DNA of 64,000 nucleotides from assembly GCA_965199955.1 (NCBI GenBank), contig CBDATQ010000002.1, positions 1,130,374-1,194,373 on the forward strand, given 5' to 3'. Source of the DNA: Spirochaetia bacterium (lineage in GTDB: Bacteria; Spirochaetota; Spirochaetia; SZUA-6; Bin103). Shown piece by piece: positions 61,706 to 64,000 of this stretch. How positions within the stretch are numbered: the stretch's first letter is position 1; every line of letters begins with the position of its first letter. The notes below the pieces were generated by a model. The model saw only the letters and a list, made by a program, of their open reading frames with translations, had not been told where the DNA came from and did not search any database. A program made the translations under genes and the position numbers.

Positions 61706-61804
61706 GGCGTAACTCCTGGCAATGGTCGCCATTCTTGAAAGCGGATGGCTCGCCGCCAGGCGCGCTCTCGCAGTGAGGTGGTCGGAAGGTGGCAGTCAAC
61801 CAAG
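61706..61804 (+). repeat. Repeat R2, copy a (99 bp)
   Basis: GGCGTAACTCCTGGCAATGGTCGCCATTCTTGAAAGCGGATGGCTCGCCGCCAGGCGCGCTCTCGCAGTGAGGTGGTCGGAAGGTGGCAGTCAACCAAG. Copy b is at 62804-62902. Confidence 0.8.
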
Positions 61805-62224
61805 GGGATTCTCCCAGCGCACCTCCGGGAAGCGGCCGAACCCGAGGTCGCTGGAGCACACCACCAGACCGTGCTCCAATGCAAGTGCGGCCAGATGGGC
61901 ATCCGGTATCATCTCCGCCGGCATCGCATGGTCGTTCAGCAGCCGCCCCAGCACCTCCCGATGGCGGTCCGTGGGAGCCGGGATCCAGGCAGGTTCGCAG
62001 TCCAGCCAGCGGCCGACGTGGTCCCACTCATCGCTGACGGCCAGCGGGGACTCGAACACGCGGGGATTGGAAACGATACGTACGAACGCCAGCAACGACG
62101 GCCACGGAAGGCCGACGCGCTCAACGCCGTTGAGCCGATCGTCAAGCCACCGGCGAGCCGCCTCGTGCTGCTCGAAGGTCTCTACGTGCGCGTACAGCAG
62201 CAGGTTGGCGTCGACCAGGATCAC
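61796..62224 (-). CDS. vapC: PIN-domain toxin
   Basis: The GTG at 62224 overlaps the vapB stop (GTGA). VILVDANLLLYAHVETFEQHEAARRWL.. (142 aa). Confidence 0.8.
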   Translation of the reverse strand: MILVDANLLLYAHVETFEQHEAARRWLDDRLNGVERVGLPWPSLLAFVRIVSNPRVFESPLAVSDEWDHVGRWLDCEPAWIPAPTDRHREVLGRLLNDHAMPAEMIPDAHLAALALEHGLVVCSSDLGFGRFPEVRWENPLG

Positions 62225-62469
62225 GAGTGGGCTTCTCCTTCGGCGATCGCCAGGACCCGCGCGATGTCGTCGATGCTGTCGAGCTTGCATCGTCCGAGCG
62301 ACACGGGCCGGGTCCGATACGGCCGGCGTGGGCACCGGGACGCGGACGCGTGCGCGAGCCCAGCGCGGAGCGTGTCGTTGATCACTTTCTTGAAGCTCGC
62401 ACGTTGCTGGCTGCGGATCCGGGCGAGCTCCGCGGCTACGTCGTCATCGATCGTGATGGTGGTACGCAT
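62221..62469 (-). CDS. vapB: VapB-family antitoxin (DUF2191-like)
   Basis: 82 aa, MRTTITIDDDVAAELARIRSQQRASFKKVINDTLRAGL.. Confidence 0.8.
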   Translation of the reverse strand: MRTTITIDDDVAAELARIRSQQRASFKKVINDTLRAGLAHASASRCPRRPYRTRPVSLGRCKLDSIDDIARVLAIAEGEAHS

Positions 62470-62498
62470 GACATCGTCACATAAAAATATATTGATGC

Positions 62499-62510
62499 AT
62501 TGACGTCAAT
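62499..62510. promoter_or_regulatory. 12-bp perfect palindrome ATTGACGTCAAT in the AT-rich vapBC promoter region
   Basis: Lies 30-41 nt upstream of the vapB ATG, embedded in a near-palindromic 20-mer. TTGACG also serves as a possible -35 box. Confidence 0.5.
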
Positions 62511-62549
62511 CGATGGATGCTCCGGGAATCGACCGGGCCGCCCCAGCGG

Positions 62550-62796
62550 GAAGGTCAATCGTCGTCGGTGATCGTGATCGTGAGCGAGGAATAAGTAGCA
62601 ATCCGGTACCCGTCATCCGGACGGACTTGGACGGTTACGGTACTGTCCGGTCCAGTCCGCATCGGAGTTGTTCCGCCATTGCAGCTCGTAGCCGGTGATC
62701 GTCAGCTCTGCAACGGGGCCGTCCACGTGACCGTCACGCTGGTCTGATCTCGCGTTCCCAAGGACAAGGCGGGCGCTGCCGGCGTTTCGGAGTCCG
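62550..62796 (-). repeat. Repeat R1, copy b (247 bp; further degraded Fn3 tail)
   Basis: Same ends as R1a. It has an internal deletion of about 50 bp and a 6-bp insertion (..SSLTITITDDD*), and shares R1a's frameshift at the GGGGCC site. Confidence 0.8.
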
Positions 62797-62803
62797 GCGA
62801 GCC

Positions 62804-62902
62804 GGCGTAACTTTGGCAATGGTCGCCGATTCTTGAAAGCGGATGGCTCGCCGCAAGGCGGGCTCTCGCAATGAGGTGGTCGGAAGGTGGCAGTCAACTA
62901 AG
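62804..62902 (+). repeat. Repeat R2, copy b (99 bp), directly upstream of the ABC ATPase gene
   Basis: Ends 8 nt before the ATG at 62911. It contains the hairpin CUCGCC-GCAA-GGCGGG (GNRA loop) when read on the plus strand. Confidence 0.8.
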
Positions 62903-62910
62903 ATAGGCAG

Positions 62911-63918
<1,008 letters not shown>

Positions 63919-63922
63919 GACG

Positions 63923-64000
63923 ATGCTCCGCGTCTACTGGGTCTACCTGAAGACGACGCTTGCTCTGCAGCTCCAGTACCGCGTCGAGCTGGCGATCTGG
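63923..64000 (+). CDS. ABC-2-type transporter permease (COG4587-like), 3' end outside window
   Basis: The ATG lies 4 nt after the ATPase stop. MLRVYWVYLKTTLALQLQYRVELAIW is the typical N-terminus of the partner permease. Confidence 0.6.
   Translation, partial: MLRVYWVYLKTTLALQLQYRVELAIW

Larger units (their letters stand above)
56921..62027 (-). mobile_element. Degenerate Mu-like prophage remnant (truncated terminase, truncated portal, foreign insert)
   Basis: The terL fragment and the DUF935 portal fragment are in phage order on the minus strand. Neither is full length, and no other structural, integrase or lysis genes are visible. Confidence 0.6.

Noticed and set aside
56916-62796. R1a/R1b as the template and variable repeats of a diversity-generating retroelement.
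   Set aside because: There is no reverse transcriptase or avd-like gene in the window. Differences between the copies include indels and are not confined to adenine positions. Both copies share a frameshift.
62804-62902. R2 as a known riboswitch (cobalamin, ZTP, fluoride, c-di-GMP, TPP).
   Set aside because: The conserved core sequences of these classes, as far as I can recall them, are absent. I kept it only as an unclassified leader or repeat.

Overview
High-G+C bacterial chromosomal segment, judged by eye and not computed. I found no rRNA, tRNA or CRISPR array. Most of the window is a large, highly paralogous and partly decayed glycan-utilisation region.

Transport genes:
- Three LplABC-type sugar ABC importer loci: one intact (23050-26674), one with a dead binding protein (48037-51670), and fragments at 11096-11356 and 32285-32599.
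- A family-5 binding protein at the left window edge.

Predicted glycan-acting genes, all lacking signal peptides:
- Three PL22/oligogalacturonide-lyase-like beta-propellers.
- Five BNR/sialidase-fold proteins. Two of these are tandem DUF1080/LamG-BNR fusions.
- One BNR_4 protein.
- Heparinase II/III: one frameshifted copy and one internally deleted relic.
- Three phytanoyl-CoA-dioxygenase-like 2OG/Fe(II) oxygenases.
- Three GHL10-like TIM-barrel proteins.
- Two Gfo/Idh/MocA oxidoreductases.
- uxuA, an SDR, an alpha/beta hydrolase, a ceramidase-like protein and a DegT aminotransferase.

Interspersed elements:
- An IS1634-family element.
- At least six toxin-antitoxin loci: three VapBC-type, one PIN toxin with an unusually long partner, a hicB cassette and a vapB relic. 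Two of them have a truncated toxin gene.
- A retropepsin-like protease.
- An HlyD plus FtsX-permease pair with no ATPase gene.
- A degenerate Mu-like prophage remnant (56.9-62.0 kb). It carries a lower-G+C orphan cassette between the terminase and portal genes.

The window ends in a COG4586-type ABC transporter.

Most notable observations:
- Nested segmental duplications.
- Many single-nucleotide frameshifts, two of them at G7 homopolymers.
- Two in-frame amber codons.
- A 34-bp perfect palindrome whose removal restores a reading frame.
- A 52-bp direct repeat bracketing a hicB cassette.
- Widespread TAnnnT boxes 6-9 nt upstream of start codons, which suggests leaderless transcription.

I saw no clearly recognisable new defence or CRISPR-like system. 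The best candidates for undescribed biology are the low-G+C prophage cassette, the oxygenase/BNR operons and the PL22-like gene with two coupled unknown genes. All functional calls rest on motif recognition by eye, not on database searches.
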